A stretch of DNA of 63,605 nucleotides, the filler included, from Collodictyon triciliatum (taxonomy: Eukaryota), in assembly GCA_043381765.1 (NCBI GenBank). It is 6 parts of 6 records of this genome, joined end to end, with 100 filler letters (N's around TTAATTAATTAA, not from the genome) between each part and the next. Parts side by side here need not be neighbours in the genome. Positions count along the whole stretch, not along the records: positions 1 to 20,752 come from JBHJMP010001584.1; positions 20,853 to 36,922 come from JBHJMP010001585.1; 4 more parts are not named here. One strand, written 5' to 3'. Positions within the stretch are counted from its first letter, which is position 1; every line of letters starts with the position of its first letter. The notes beneath the pieces are model-generated. The model did no database searches and was not told the DNA's origin. It saw only the letters and a program-made list of their open reading frames with translations. A program made the translations under genes and the position numbers. Below are positions 13,193-28,677 of the stretch, one piece after another.

Positions 13193-15223
13193 ATGAATTC
13201 GGATTACTATGCAGTCCTCGGCGTAAAAAAGGATGCCACTCAGGAGGAGATCAAGAAAGCATACCGCATGCTCTCGATGAAACACCATCCAGACAAGGTT
13301 ACATTCGGTCTTCATTTTCATTTCGATGCGCGACTTTTGTATCCTTTTCTTCTTCTTCTTTCCAACAAAGCGGGCAGTTATCGAGTCGGCTCTCAACACA
13401 AATATCCGCCTGGTATGACTGTAACATATTCCCCCGTTGAAAAAGGAAAAGGAAAAGGAAAAGGAAAAAGGAAAAAGGAAAAAAAGGAAAAAAAGGAAAA
13501 AAAGGAAAAAAAGGAAAAAAAGGAAAAAAAGGAAAAAAAGGAGAAAAAAGAAAAAAAGAAAAAAAGAAAAAAAGAAAAAAAGAAAAAAAGAAAAAAAGAA
13601 AAAAAAGAAAAAGCAGTAGAATTCAAATCATGTCGCATCAAAGCCAAGTGTTAGATTTGTACTCTCTTTTTATCAGAGTGCGACTTATCAATAGTACACA
13701 TATCAAATCATTAAAGCCATAACATACAGCCATGAAGGTGACCATATCCATTTGATGGATGGGCATAATAAACGCAATTTTATTAGCCCTTTTTTTTCGA
13801 ATGATTAAAAAGCAGTCTTGTATGCCTAGGGCGGCGACGCAGAGCGATTCAAAAAAATCAATGAAGCGAATCAAGTTCTGTCAGATCCCAACAAGAGGCA
13901 AATGTACGACGCTGTGGGTCCGGCTGGGGCGCAATTTTATGATGGTGTCCAGATGGATAATGTGCAGACAATCCGTGTGGGAATCGTCTCTCTCGGTGTG
14001 CTTTTTGGATGTATATTCCTTCCTTTGTTCCTATTGCAGCTTGTCTTTATACCATTTTCTCTACAAAGAGACTTGGAATGGTCAGCCGGAACAACTCTGG
14101 TACATGCTACATAATTCAATTAATCATTCTCAAATCGTGTTGAAGCGGTTGTTTTTGTTTTTATTTTATGAGAAAAATAATCCATTTGGGTTCCTGTATG
14201 TGCAATTTATGCTTTGTACACGTTCTTATCCTTCGGTCATGTTTGAACGATTTTTTTTTTATCCTCCGAACAAAATCACATGAAATGAAACGCATATAGA
14301 TACCTCTTTTTATCTTGGATGGAGTAACCACGTTGTGCATATTTGCTCTGATTTACGTGCTCTTTGGCTTCACTAAGGGAGACGGGAACGTCACTTTGAG
14401 GGAGCGTCTCGAATCATTCTACTATCTTGTGCCATTCAAGCCTATCATCTATTGCTTCCTCACTACCCTCTTCCACATTCTCCTTGTCAAAAAGATTGAC
14501 GACGAAGAAAATGACTGGATTGAAGTGCTCTACCCGATGATTGGGATTCTGTGCTTTGAAATCGGCCATGCCTTTTTGGCTGCAATCCAGTACTACCGCG
14601 AATACAACACAACCATGGAGGAGACAGGAGGCGATTCGATGGGCGTGTGCTCTTTCTTCTTTGTCTTTGTCATGTCCAACCTGATCCAAATCCTGGTGCT
14701 TGTCTTTGTTGTTCTGGTTGGTTACAAGAAGGACGAGGACATCGACGTGGGCTGGGGAGTCGTCTTCATCCCCGTCTGGATTCTGCTGAGCGGCTTCCTC
14801 TTCTTCACCTGCATCTTCAGCAGACTCTCCAGGCGCGGATATGAAAGCGCCATGGCGCCTGCAGATGTGTCGATTCTCTGCCTCTTCGCCCCATTGGTCA
14901 CGTTCCTTGTTCTTCTAGTCGTCAAGTCAGACGGCGCAGACTATTCATGGCACAGCGTCTTTGTGCCAATCTACATCTACGTCGGGATTTTCTGTCTTGT
15001 CTTGGTCTGCTGCTTCCCGCTTGCGCTCGTGTCCTTCAAAGACGCCTCTGCTGACTCGTCGGCATCTTCCTCGTCCGCCTTCCCTCCAAACGCCTCAGCT
15101 GCCGCAGCACAAACGCAGCCTGCTGCAGATGCTGCCCACGGCGCAAAGCGGGGCTCTGGGCGCGATTATCCCACGCACACGCAGGTCGAAGGCGTTTATC
15201 AAAACATCTCTGATGCTGTCTAG
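13193..15223 (+). CDS. DnaJ/J-domain protein with multi-pass TMEM185 (Fragile-X-F)-like membrane region
   Basis: Exons 13193-13297, 13830-14099, 14300-15223 give [54 protein letters not shown] (HPD motif), then hydrophobic helices with repeated W..VF.P.(W/Y)I motifs. Confidence 0.88.
13440..13612 (+). repeat. A/G-rich (GAAAAAAAG-like) microsatellite in DnaJ intron 1
   Basis: Directly visible. Confidence 0.9.
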
Positions 15224-15581
15224 CGCGACCATCCTCTTTTTCATGTCCGCACATGCAGCCCACGCGGCTCTGTCCAACGCGCCCCACCGACTTATCCTTA
15301 TTGTCCCGGCTCTCCTGCCTGTTTTTGCTCCTTGTCTACCGTCATGCTGCTCACAATTAAAACGAAAACGAACTATAATCCTGTCTCTCTTTTCGCAGTC
15401 TTGTGTCCTTTTTCTGTCGCGTTGCATGAGACTCGCTTTGGAGGCCACGTCCCTTAACCATGTTCAGTCTGTTGTGCAATACGGACTAACGACCGACTCG
15501 CTCTCTTTTTTTTCTTTCTTTCTTCTACCTTCTTGTTCTAGTTATTGTTGTCTCTGCAAGCGAAGGACTCGTTTGTACGTG

Positions 15582-17677
15582 ATGAGTCTGCCACACAGGA
15601 TTCTCCCGCCGAGCGGACTTCGCCACCTGTTTGGCGTCTGCTTGGCTGCCGGCGCGTCTCCTTCCGATCCTCTGCGCGTCGTGGCCTTTGGCGCTGAGAC
15701 TCCCTTGTCCCAGCAGAAGGCGCAGACCCCCGCAAGCGTCAGAGTTTTGGACGGCTCCTCTTGGAAAACACTTCCTACGCGAGGCTGCGAGCCAGTCATG
15801 CGGTAGCGTGAATCAACACAACACAACACAACGCAACACAACNNNNNNNNNNNNNNNNNNNNNNNNNNNNNNNNNNNNNNNNNNNNNNNNNNNNNNNNNN
15901 NNNNNNNNNNNNNNNNNNNNNNNNNNNNNNNNNNNNNNNNNNNNNNNNNNNNNNNNNNNNNNNNNNNNNNNNNNNNNNNNNNNNNNNNNNNNNNNNNNNN
16001 NNNNNNNNNNNNNNNNNNNNNNNNNNNNNNNNNNNNNNNNNNNNNNNNNNNNNNNNNNNNNNNNNNNNNNNNNNNNNNNNNNNNNNNNNNNNNNNNNNNN
16101 NNNNNNNNNNNNNNNNNNNNNNNNNNNNNNNNNNNNNNNNNNNNNNNNNNNNNNNNNNNNNNNNNNNNNNNNNNNNNNNNNNNNNNNNNNNNNNNNNNNN
16201 NNNNNNNNNNNNNNNNNNNNNNNNNNNNNNNNNNNNNNNNNNNNNNNNNNNNNNNNNNNNNNNNNNNNNNNNNNNNNNNNNNNNNNNNNNNNNNNNNNNN
16301 NNNNNNNNNNNNNNCACAACACAACACAACACAACACAACACAACACAACACATCACATCACATCACACCACAACACATCACAACACAACGCAACACATC
16401 ATATCACATCACATCACACCACAACACAACACATCACAACGCAACGCAACACATCACATCACATCACATCACATCACATCACATCACATCACATCACAAC
16501 ACAACACAACACATCACATCACATCACATCACATCACATCACATCACATCACATCACATCACATCACATCACATCACATCACATCACATCACATCACATC
16601 ACATCTCGCCAGGTCGTCTGAAAGCATCGCAATATCAAAAGATCGCGTGCTTGTCCACAAAGAAGAGAGCCAGCTGTACGCTTTGGCTCCACTTCATGGC
16701 CGAGTGGCCTCTTGGTCCAAGTTGACGGCGGGATTCAAGCCTGGCCACGAGCCATTCCTGTCAGACGCATCTGTTCCACGCTTTGTGGTGGCCGACTCGA
16801 GTCCATTATCCGGGCGTGTGTATTCCATGAGGTCCGACTTAACTCGACTACTCGTGCTTGACATGAATCTTGGATACTGGAAAAGCATCAAGGTTGCGGA
16901 TGTATGTCCGTCGATTCCGTGGAGCACAGCTTTGGATGTGAACGCAATTCACTTGGGACAATACATTTGGTTTCGGAGCCGATTGTATCGCCAGACATTC
17001 ATTCTGCAAGTGAATCCGGCAAAGTGGATTACAGCAGAGGCACAAGTTGAAAGCATTCTTTCGTCCGTGTTTGATCACCCCACCGCTTTGAATGAAAATC
17101 AAGGCAGAATACTAGCATCCCGCATTCAGACCAGTGCGACATCGACTACTCTCTCTGTGGTTGTGCAGGATGATGAGCGCACGACTGACTTGTCTTTGAT
17201 TCAAGTCCCACTTGTTCAGGCAAATGCTGACCCGCGTTGGGCTCTTTCTGTGACAGAGTCTCCCGGTGATGTTGAGTGGATTCCATCCCTGATGAATGAG
17301 GAGTGAGTGCATTTCGGTGCTTGAAAATATGTCTAATGATCTCCAAATGAATCTCTCCAATCTGATTATCCATTTGCATATCCACGTATAGATTTATCAT
17401 CACATGCTTTTACTATTTACATCAGTTCCCTGTGGAAAGTAGCTTATAGAGATCTTTTAATCACTTGATGACCTTAAACATTTCCTTACACAGAGCTCAT
17501 GCCTATGACGATGTGCACGACGAAGCCTGCATTAACAACGAACACATTTACAAAGACCCTGCAACTGGTTTTACATGCTTCTCAAGAGTCGGTCTCTTGG
17601 AGCGCGGATTCTGTTGTGGTAACAAATGTAGGCATTGTCCCTACGGTTACAGCAACGTCCCACCCGGAAAGAAATGA
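15582..17677 (+). CDS. Protein with C-terminal DUF5522 (C1orf53-like) Cys cluster
   Basis: Exons 15582-15802, 16613-17302, 17494-17677 join in phase (a gap in intron 1 could hide exons). C-terminus YKDPATGFTCFSRVGLLERGFCCGNKCRHCPY matches the DUF5522 consensus as recalled. Confidence 0.75.
15815..16604 (+). repeat. (CAACA)n/(CATCA)n pentamer array spanning a gap
   Basis: Directly visible on both sides of gap 15843-16314. Confidence 0.9.
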
Positions 17678-17958
17678 AATATATATAAAGATGAACTCCT
17701 ATATTTGAGTTAACTCTAATCATTGTTTTTTTAAAAAAAATAGTGATATGGTCTAAAGAATCTGATATGATAGGAGTTAATATGGATTTGTCTCTGGTAT
17801 AGTTGAAGATGATTTGTGTTTCCTTTATCCAATGCAAAGGAGATGGGTAAATGAAAGGAATGCTTTCTTTAGAAAAGACAAGAATACGTGATATATGATA
17901 GGGAACGATGTAAATTTGATTGATTGCGATAAACAGCCCTTTGATACAAACTGTCGCT

Positions 17959-20591
<2,633 letters not shown>

Positions 20592-20752
20592 TTCCTGAAG
20601 AAATAAAGAGTTGCCCGAACCTATCATCCGTGCTTGTTTCGCTTGTTTGTTGGATATCACCCACCCTTCTTTTAAAAGAATAAAAATAAAAAGCTAATAG
20701 CGGCATTGAAAGTTACAAAAAAAAAAGAAACAAAAAAAGAAACAAAAAAAGA

Positions 20753-20852
20753 NNNNNNNNNNNNNNNNNNNNNNNNNNNNNNNNNNNNNNNNNNNNTTAA
20801 TTAATTAANNNNNNNNNNNNNNNNNNNNNNNNNNNNNNNNNNNNNNNNNNNN
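20753..20852. other. Artificial contig linker N-TTAATTAATTAA-N
   Basis: Six-frame-stop 12-mer at 20797-20808 between two fixed-length N runs; recurs five times. Confidence 0.95.
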
Positions 20853-20955
20853 TATTTTTATTTTTATTTTTATTTTTATTTTTATTTTTATTTTTATTTT
20901 TATTTTTATTTTTATTTTTATTTTTATTTTTATTTTTATTTTTATTTTTATTTTC
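20853..20955 (+). repeat. (TATTTT)n microsatellite
   Basis: Directly visible. Confidence 0.95.
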
Positions 20956-22844
20956 ATCTCGAAAAATCTACTATTATATTGTCTAATCGAATAAACAGAA
21001 AAAAATGTAACTCCCCAAAGTAATGGTAATGGTAATAAACGCTCCTCCCGCATTTATGCTTTTGTAAAAATGCTTGTGCATGACCAAGCGACAGTCAAAA
21101 CTGCTTGTATCCACGATACATATGCATCTTGCCACCATTATAGCTAAACATCGGATTTTCTTTTGTCATTGCAACACATTTGGTTTCTTCACAAACCATG
21201 GGAATATGCCCCATCGGCTACTGCGGCCAGCCACAATTCAATCCCTTCTCGCTGTAGATGGTGGTGATAAAACCTGTCGTTGCATCACACCAAGCCACTT
21301 CGAATCACACCTCCAGCCCAAACCGCGGCTCGCAGAAGAAATCACTGCCCTTGTCGGTAGAGTATTTTGTTACAGACGAGGATAGAGCCAGCGGCCAAGA
21401 AGCTGTGTGGGAGATGTCAGAACGCGAACGCGAACGCGAAGACAAACACAAACACAAACACAAAGGAACACCGTATCAGCGGCCCATGAAGGCTGATTTA
21501 TTGCAGGACTGTGCGTGTTGAGAAAATGGCGGGGGAGAGGCAAGGAGGAGGGATGATTGTCGCAAAGACGAGGACACCAGGGAGGCGGGTGATGTTTTGC
21601 TTGGGCAGGGAAAAGGGATGGGAATTGAAAGTTGAGTGTTCTGGTGTCCTGTTTTCAGCGCCCCCAGCCAGCCTTGTAGGCAGGCGCGTAGAGTCACCTC
21701 CTTGTGCTTCAAGGCACAGGCCGAGCAATGGAAGAGGGACTGGGTACGAGAGGGGCTTCGTCGAGTCTAGGCGAGGGGATGCAGTGTTGTGCTGAGGGGT
21801 CAAGTAGGGAAGACATGGGCAGGTTTGGATGCTGGAAGAGTAAGGGTGGGCTTGGGATTCCAGTCGGATGGCTATGTGAGGCTGCTTTGGCTGTCGTCTG
21901 TGTTGGTTGGGGTTGACAGCTCTTTGACGTGGCTTGGTGTGGATAAGGGTTTGGTGGTTGAAGAGAAAAGAGGCAAGATAAAAGTATGTAAAAAAATGGA
22001 TTGCAGCACCAGGAAGCGAATGCAAGAGAAGTAGGGTTGAGTGAATTGGAATGGGATGAAGCGGAGTGCAGCAGAGAGAAGGCGAAGGTGATGGAGGTGA
22101 GGAAAAGCGGCTGTTGGTTGGTACAACAGAAGCATTAACGAGAGTGCAGCGTCGTTGTGGTGGGCATGAAATGGGATCGATGAAAGGTCTAGGAGATGCT
22201 CAAGGGTCAAGCGGCTATACGACCAGGGTGATTGCTTGTGGGGTCGCCGAAGAGTTGAAAAAAAAAAACAATCGAGAGTGGATAAAAATAAAACGTCAAA
22301 AGGATGGTGGGCTGCGAAGTAAACAGCAGAATGTCTCAGTTACGTAATGTGTGTAGCGTTTGGAGGAAATATAGGAAGGTTAAAAAAGAAAGACGAGGGA
22401 GGGCAAACAGAAAATATGATAAAATAAAAAGGATTGGTGGAGGGGAGAACGAGGAAGATAAAAATTGGTACGAATTGTCTTCCAATAGGTTGCGTTATTG
22501 GAGTAAGTAGATGTGGACCTTCGAGTTGAGAGCTTGAAATTAGGAACTCAATGATTTCTTTTGATGGGCACCAGGTCGCAAGTGCGATTATATACAGTCA
22601 TAATCGTGTGTGTTGTTTGTCCAGGTGGTAAAATAAAGTTCAGCAAAGGTTGATAAAACTGTCCGTAGAGAGGCCCAAATGCTGTGCAAGTTGCCGCAGA
22701 TGAAAGACATAGGGTAACATATCCGTATATTCCTTCGATGGGATTTGACATAAAATGTAATTGGGAAAAAAAACTAGGAAGGCTACATGCAGACTGCAGA
22801 AAGAAAAATACTTGAGACATGAGTACTTCATAGAGCCGCAGATA

Positions 22845-24857
22845 CTAGCATGCATACAGTGAGCGGTCGATGGAAGGAGGAATCGGCTTGATTTCCGTTC
22901 CTAAATCTTGTTCGATGTTGTAAAGAGAGTAGCGATCCTCTGTGGTGATCAGATTGATGGCAAGACCGAGGTGTCCAAAACGACCAGAGCGCCCAATACG
23001 ATGCAAATAAGTTTCGGCTGTCTTGGGGAAGTCAAAATTGATAACAACGTTGACTGCTGGAATATCGATTCCTCGAGTGAAGAGATCTAGGTCAAAATAC
23101 AAATTAGAGTGTGCTAAATGTTCCCATTTTGGTCATGAAAGGGTAAGGAGAAGGTCATGTAAATGCACAGAAAACTCCTGCCCGTGTAATACATGCCGAT
23201 TTGAGCATGGGACAGAACTAACCTGAAGATACCAAATGTCTAGAAGCGCCATTTCGGAAGTCATGGAAGACTCTGTTTCTGTCTTGTTGGCTCATCCTGG
23301 CGTGGATGTAAAAGCAAGAGTAACCAAGCTCTGTAATTTTCTTGGATAGTAGCTCCACTCTGTTCACAGAATTGCAAAAGATGATGGACTGGTTGATCTG
23401 GAGCTAAACGATCATGAGAATGATATTAGTAAAGGATTGTCAATTCAACGATACACAGTCATATTATTATAAACTTTTGAATTACATGTCCTTCTTATGA
23501 CACGAATATGGGGGAGAATTACTGAATTTCATGCGACATTACTCAGGTGTGCTACCATACCTTTGAAAATAAAGTGTTGAGACAGTGCACTTTCTTACGC
23601 TCTTCGACAAAGGCGTAGTATTGGGTGATTCCTTTGAGAGTGAGCTCCTCCATGAGGTTGATTTCATAGGGATCTGGAAGGTACGTTTCGATGAATTCTT
23701 TGACTCCATAAGGGAACGTGGCAGACAGGAGCATTAGTTGACGTGTAGTAGGCAGATAAGAGATGACTTCCTCGACAAGTGTCTTGAATTCCTGGGACAG
23801 TAGCTTGTCAGCCTATGGGGATACATAAGTGAGTAAGAGTCTCATTTGTTGGGGTGAAGAGAAAATATAAGCTTTTGTGCAGGCCAAATCTCAAAGTTAA
23901 GGGGAAAGAAATTACCTCATCCATCACCAAGATAGAGCATTTTGAGATGTCGCAAAGGCTTCGCTGGCAAAGATCGATCACGCGACCAGGGGTGGCTACG
24001 AGGATGTGTACAGTGCTCCCAAGGCGAATAATATCGTCACGAAGACCGAGACCTCCGGTGGTCACCATGACTTGAACGTTTAAGTGTTTGCCTATCTCTT
24101 TGCAGAGTTGTGACGTCTGAAGAGCAAGTTCGCGAGTCGGGAGAAGAATGACGGCTACATAGCGAAGGGGCAGCGTGATAGCATGAGTTGCGAGAAAAAT
24201 ATGAGTATTATATACATTTATGAGACACAGATTCATAGCCTTTCAAGATCTGGCATATATTTTTTTTCGTAGCAGACCTTGAATGTGTGGTTTGGAGGTA
24301 TCGACAAGTTGAAGGACTGGAATGACATAGGAGCCTGTTTTCCCAGTTCCGTTTTTAGCGCGGGCGAGGATGTTTTTGCGTGCAAGGGCAGCAGGAATCA
24401 CCTCCTCTTGAATGGGGGAAGGGTTTTCATATCCTTTTTCGTAGATTCCAAGCAGAAGATCACGCTTCAGATAGTAATCTTCGAATTCATTTCCTTTCAC
24501 GTCAAGTACGTCCTAAGGGCATAGGAAATAGAGCCTTTAGTCCAGCTTTACTATTGGTCAAGAAAGCGATCAGCTTTGTATAAGCTTAATTTCACTTTCT
24601 TGTGTCTATTTATGTTCTTTGAAGAAAAGTATTTACGGTTGTCTTGACACGGGTATCCTTGGGTGGGACAACGGCTGTGCTACGAACGCTAACTTCTTGA
24701 CTGGAGGAGGGGCTATGTAGTTAAGTAAATTAGTAAATAAATAAATAAAAAAGAAAAAAAAGCCAGGTGTGCTTGGGAGAGCACACGATTGGTATGAAAA
24801 GACTCCTAGACCAGAAATATTGTACCGGGTAACTGAGGAAGATGCTGGTGCCGACAT
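22845..24857 (-). CDS. DDX6: DEAD-box RNA helicase DDX6/Dhh1
   Basis: Spliced [101 protein letters not shown]. Confidence 0.97.
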
Positions 24858-25379
24858 TTTAGGTTGCTTTCTTGGGATTGAGGCTGGTTTGGAGGAGTTT
24901 TCTTGAATGGTTTGGCTCGGTGAGGCTTTGATCTAGAGTTGAATAGGTTTTAGCCAAACAGCTTCTAGTGAGCAAATCGGGTTTGGGGCAGAGGAAACAG
25001 TGAATATGGTCATATAGCTATTAAGAGGACCGCTTCTGAGCTTTTACCAGCGTTTGCCTCTCATCACGCGTTTAAATACAAGATCGCGGGTGATAAGTGG
25101 GAAGACTGATCAACAGATATAATTGGCAATGAGAAAAGAATTGGCTGTGGTAGGGAAGTTGGCAAGGTTACATGTTGGGGATTGTTACAGCCTATTTTTG
25201 ATGGTGGTTATGTGACCAGCTCAGCTCATTGCAGCATCGCGTGTGGTATCGATAGCGTCCGTGAAACCGAGAAAAAGGCCCAAATAATCCTTTGCCGCAA
25301 CCTAAAGCAATTCAAGATCCGGAAATTTTTCTGCATCTATACATATTAAGAAATGGGCCCAAAAAATATCGATTGATTT

Positions 25380-25510
25380 CCTATAAAAATAATTATATAA
25401 ATATATATATAACATATTAAATTCTATAAATTATATATAATAATGATAATATAATCAATAATAAACATTATATACAGAAATATAATATTTTCCATGTATA
25501 GTTATATTAA
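25380..25510. promoter_or_regulatory. Near-pure AT block between divergent DDX6 and NOL11-like genes (putative bidirectional promoter)
   Basis: Composition and position only. Confidence 0.4.
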
Positions 25511-25844
25511 AACTGGAATGACCACTTTTTTAACTTTGAAATTTTTTTAATCACCTTCGATGGGTCAGGCACTTGCAAAACGAAACATGGTAGAAGCCAT
25601 GCGCGAACGCGTGGGCTGGACCAAAAAATCCAGTCGATTCACTGGCGGAATATATTCACACATGACACGATCCACGCAAGGATAAAGCCACCTAGTAAAG
25701 GATGGACAAAGAGAAACGCCCGATGATCACCTCTTGTTCTCTTTGTTATAAAGGACTGACAAGCAGAGGTATAACTATTCTGAAATCGTAAGAGTCCTAA
25801 AACAACTGAGAAGATTACATAGCCCAACTCTATACCCTGCTGTG

Positions 25845-28394
25845 ATGTCACTCCTCGAACGCTTGACAGAAGCCCATAAAGCAAAGCAAGAAGACGAAGC
25901 TGAGAAATGTGAGACCTTCCCTTCACTCGACATGAAGGTTTGAGTTCTTTCTCTGTCTATTTTGTCTCATCTTTTCTGGTATTTCCTTTGCCCTATTTCT
26001 AGACCATTTAAAGTCTAAAGTTCTCATAGATAAAAGTAGAAAAGAAATCCCAACTCCTTTGCCCTCATCTTTTTATTCTTTGTTCACTGTTCGGAGATAA
26101 AACCACACCAAAAGATGAAACTGCTTGGGGTCCTCCTGATCCATAAACCCCTCTTTGTCGATTAATTGTGACTGTATTGGGGTTTTCGTAATCCACTCTA
26201 CCTATATATTGAGCGTTGTTGGAAAATTACCTACCCTATTGCACCATAGGCTTTTCTGACAAACATTTCTGGGCCAGCGGCTCTGTACGACGGAGATTTG
26301 GTGGCAAACTCCTTGAAAGAAGCCCGCAGCTGGGAATCTTTTCAAATTCGACGGTCTTGTCTTTAATCAGCTGCCTTTTTCACAAAAACTAGTCTCCTCT
26401 GACAACATGTGCATGAAACAATGCTATGAGTGGCTACTTTTGTCGTCAGCGATAGGTACGCCTAAATAATACTTATTAAATATTTATTGTGATATTAGAG
26501 GGAGTTCACCTGCCCTAGAAAAGCTCTTGTCGTCCTCTCCTGATGAGACAACCAAGGACTATCTTGACAATCTTAAACTTGTCCTATCCTCTGAGGTAAT
26601 CGATAATATAATCTCGAAACCAAAATGTAATTAATATCTTACAATCAAAAAATTTTGAAAAAAATGAATATGGTTCTTCTGAAGAAGTGTCTGTGCTAGA
26701 TAGCATACATTTGGCTATTAGTGAAGTTAAAGTTCCAATAAAGAAACACTCGGCCCCTTCTTATATTCTCTTCCTTTCATTTCATCTCACTTCCTTATCA
26801 TTTTCCCTAGGAGAAGCACGTGTTGAGATTCAGTGAAATTCGTTCAATATGTGACAAATTGATTGAAACGAAGTGTTGGGATGGCTTAAAGCTAATCATT
26901 GAAGCGAAAATGGTGACTTGTTCTGTGTGTCCACGCCTAATTCCAACCTTGATAAAGGAGGATAATAAGGTATTTGAAAGTCCCTTCTAAAAAAAAAAAG
27001 CAATATGTTCATGGATAACTCCATATGTTATGTTTTGCTTTAGAGATGAAGTTAATAATTGCGTTGTCAAACTTTGAATCGAATAAAGGAAAAAAAATTG
27101 TGTTGTCAAACCGCAATAATCTTTGGTAGATTATTTCCCTTTCTACTATCGATCAAAACTAATACAATTTAAATTAACATCATCCATTTATTATAACATA
27201 GGAAATTCTTCTCCTTTCCCTGGAAAAAATCGAGCACATAAAAGAGTCCAATATAGTCGACATCCTTAAGTGGTCCTTGAAATCAACATCTATGTCGGTT
27301 GTCTTTTATGGCCCTTATAAGGAAGTGCTGCAGGACCCAAGCACTCAATATAACCGATACGAGTCAACCAAAAATTTCATGTAACTCATCAATTTTTATT
27401 TCTAGACAAAAAAAGAAAAATACTTTACTTTTTTTTTCTTCACACTTACTCTAGATTCAGTAATGAAATCATCTAATTACATATTTTGAACAACACAGTC
27501 TTTAAAATTTTGAAAATAACTCTGTTATTTCATTTACCAATTTGATAGGAACGCAATCATAGCATATCCTACAACCGAAGTTTTCTTGCACAAAGCTCTA
27601 AGGTCGCTTTCGCGTGAAGAAACCATGGTAATATTAATAGATCGCCTTCTTTTCCGTAGGAAAGACATTCTCGCACGTTCAATTGAATTCATTTTTTATG
27701 TCAATGATTTTTTTTAAAAAAAAGAAAAATCCACAAGATCTTCTTCGCACATTTACGTAAATGGATAAGTGTCTATGGGAAAATACTAGGATTTCCTCGC
27801 TCATATGAGGAAGCCAATAGGATTCCAACCTATGCTCAGGTATAATGGATAACAATTACTTTTTATTTGCATACCTGATTACGTGCGAATGGTTCTTACA
27901 AATGCACCCTCTGCACCCTACCGAGTTTGATTTCTGTATTGTAATTTTGGTATTGGATTCAATCTATAGGTTGTTAGCTTCCTTACTATACTTATTGATG
28001 CTAAGCTCGTTGATCTAATCCAGCACCCTGAAGCCAGTACTATCTTCAAGGTTTCTAAAGTGTTAAATTATGTTTCTCTCGCATTTATTTCGGGTTTATT
28101 CCAAGAAATGAAGATACATGCTGTTTGTTTTAGGTAAAACACAATATGATACGGTACATACCCACAGAGCACATCCTTTCACAAAAAAAAATCCCCTTTC
28201 GCTGGATTGGGGGGTGATGTAACCTTTGTTAAAGAGTATAATATGTGAATCTATAGGAGCTTCAGGAATTCACGATGAAAGATTCAATCCTGGCAAGCTA
28301 TTTGGATGAGACGGTCTTCAACTTAACGCAAGATACAAAGAAAACAAAGTCAAAATCTTCTGGAACATACTTTATCGAGAAAATTTGCTTATAA
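25845..28394 (+). CDS. NOL11: Nucleolar protein 11 (NOL11/Utp8) C-terminal-like protein, about 9 exons, missed by the ORF track
   Basis: Hand-spliced: LKLIIEAKMVTCSVCPRLI..ILLLSLEKIEHIKESNIVDILKW..NAIIAYPTTEVFLHKALRSL..IPTYAQVVSFLTILIDAKL..GTYFIEKICL*, resembling the NOL11 C-terminus. ATG at 25845 is tentative. Confidence 0.75.
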
Positions 28395-28677
28395 GAGTGT
28401 CATCCCTTCAACGCAGCGTTTTTCTTTTCTTCATTTCTTGGATTTCCATCATATCTTGTCCGCATATCTCTCACTGCAACTCAACAAAGACATGCTTTTC
28501 GTAGTCGTCAACTATGACTATTAACTCTAACATGTTCATCATTGAATTGTCATTTTTTTCCTCTTTTTTTCATCGTTTTTTTTTTTTTTACTACACACCA
28601 TCATCGCCTTTTCTCTTTTACATCCATGACCAACTAATAAAAGAAGAAAAGATTAAAGAAACCGAGTCCGAAGTCTA

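Noticed and set aside
20797-20808. Recurrent TTAATTAATTAA palindrome as a biological element or piggyBac target
   Set aside because: Always embedded in fixed N runs; assembly linker
21498-21820. Antizyme-like +1 frameshift at CCT TGA (minus strand)
   Set aside because: The +1 frame has no antizyme ORF2 motifs
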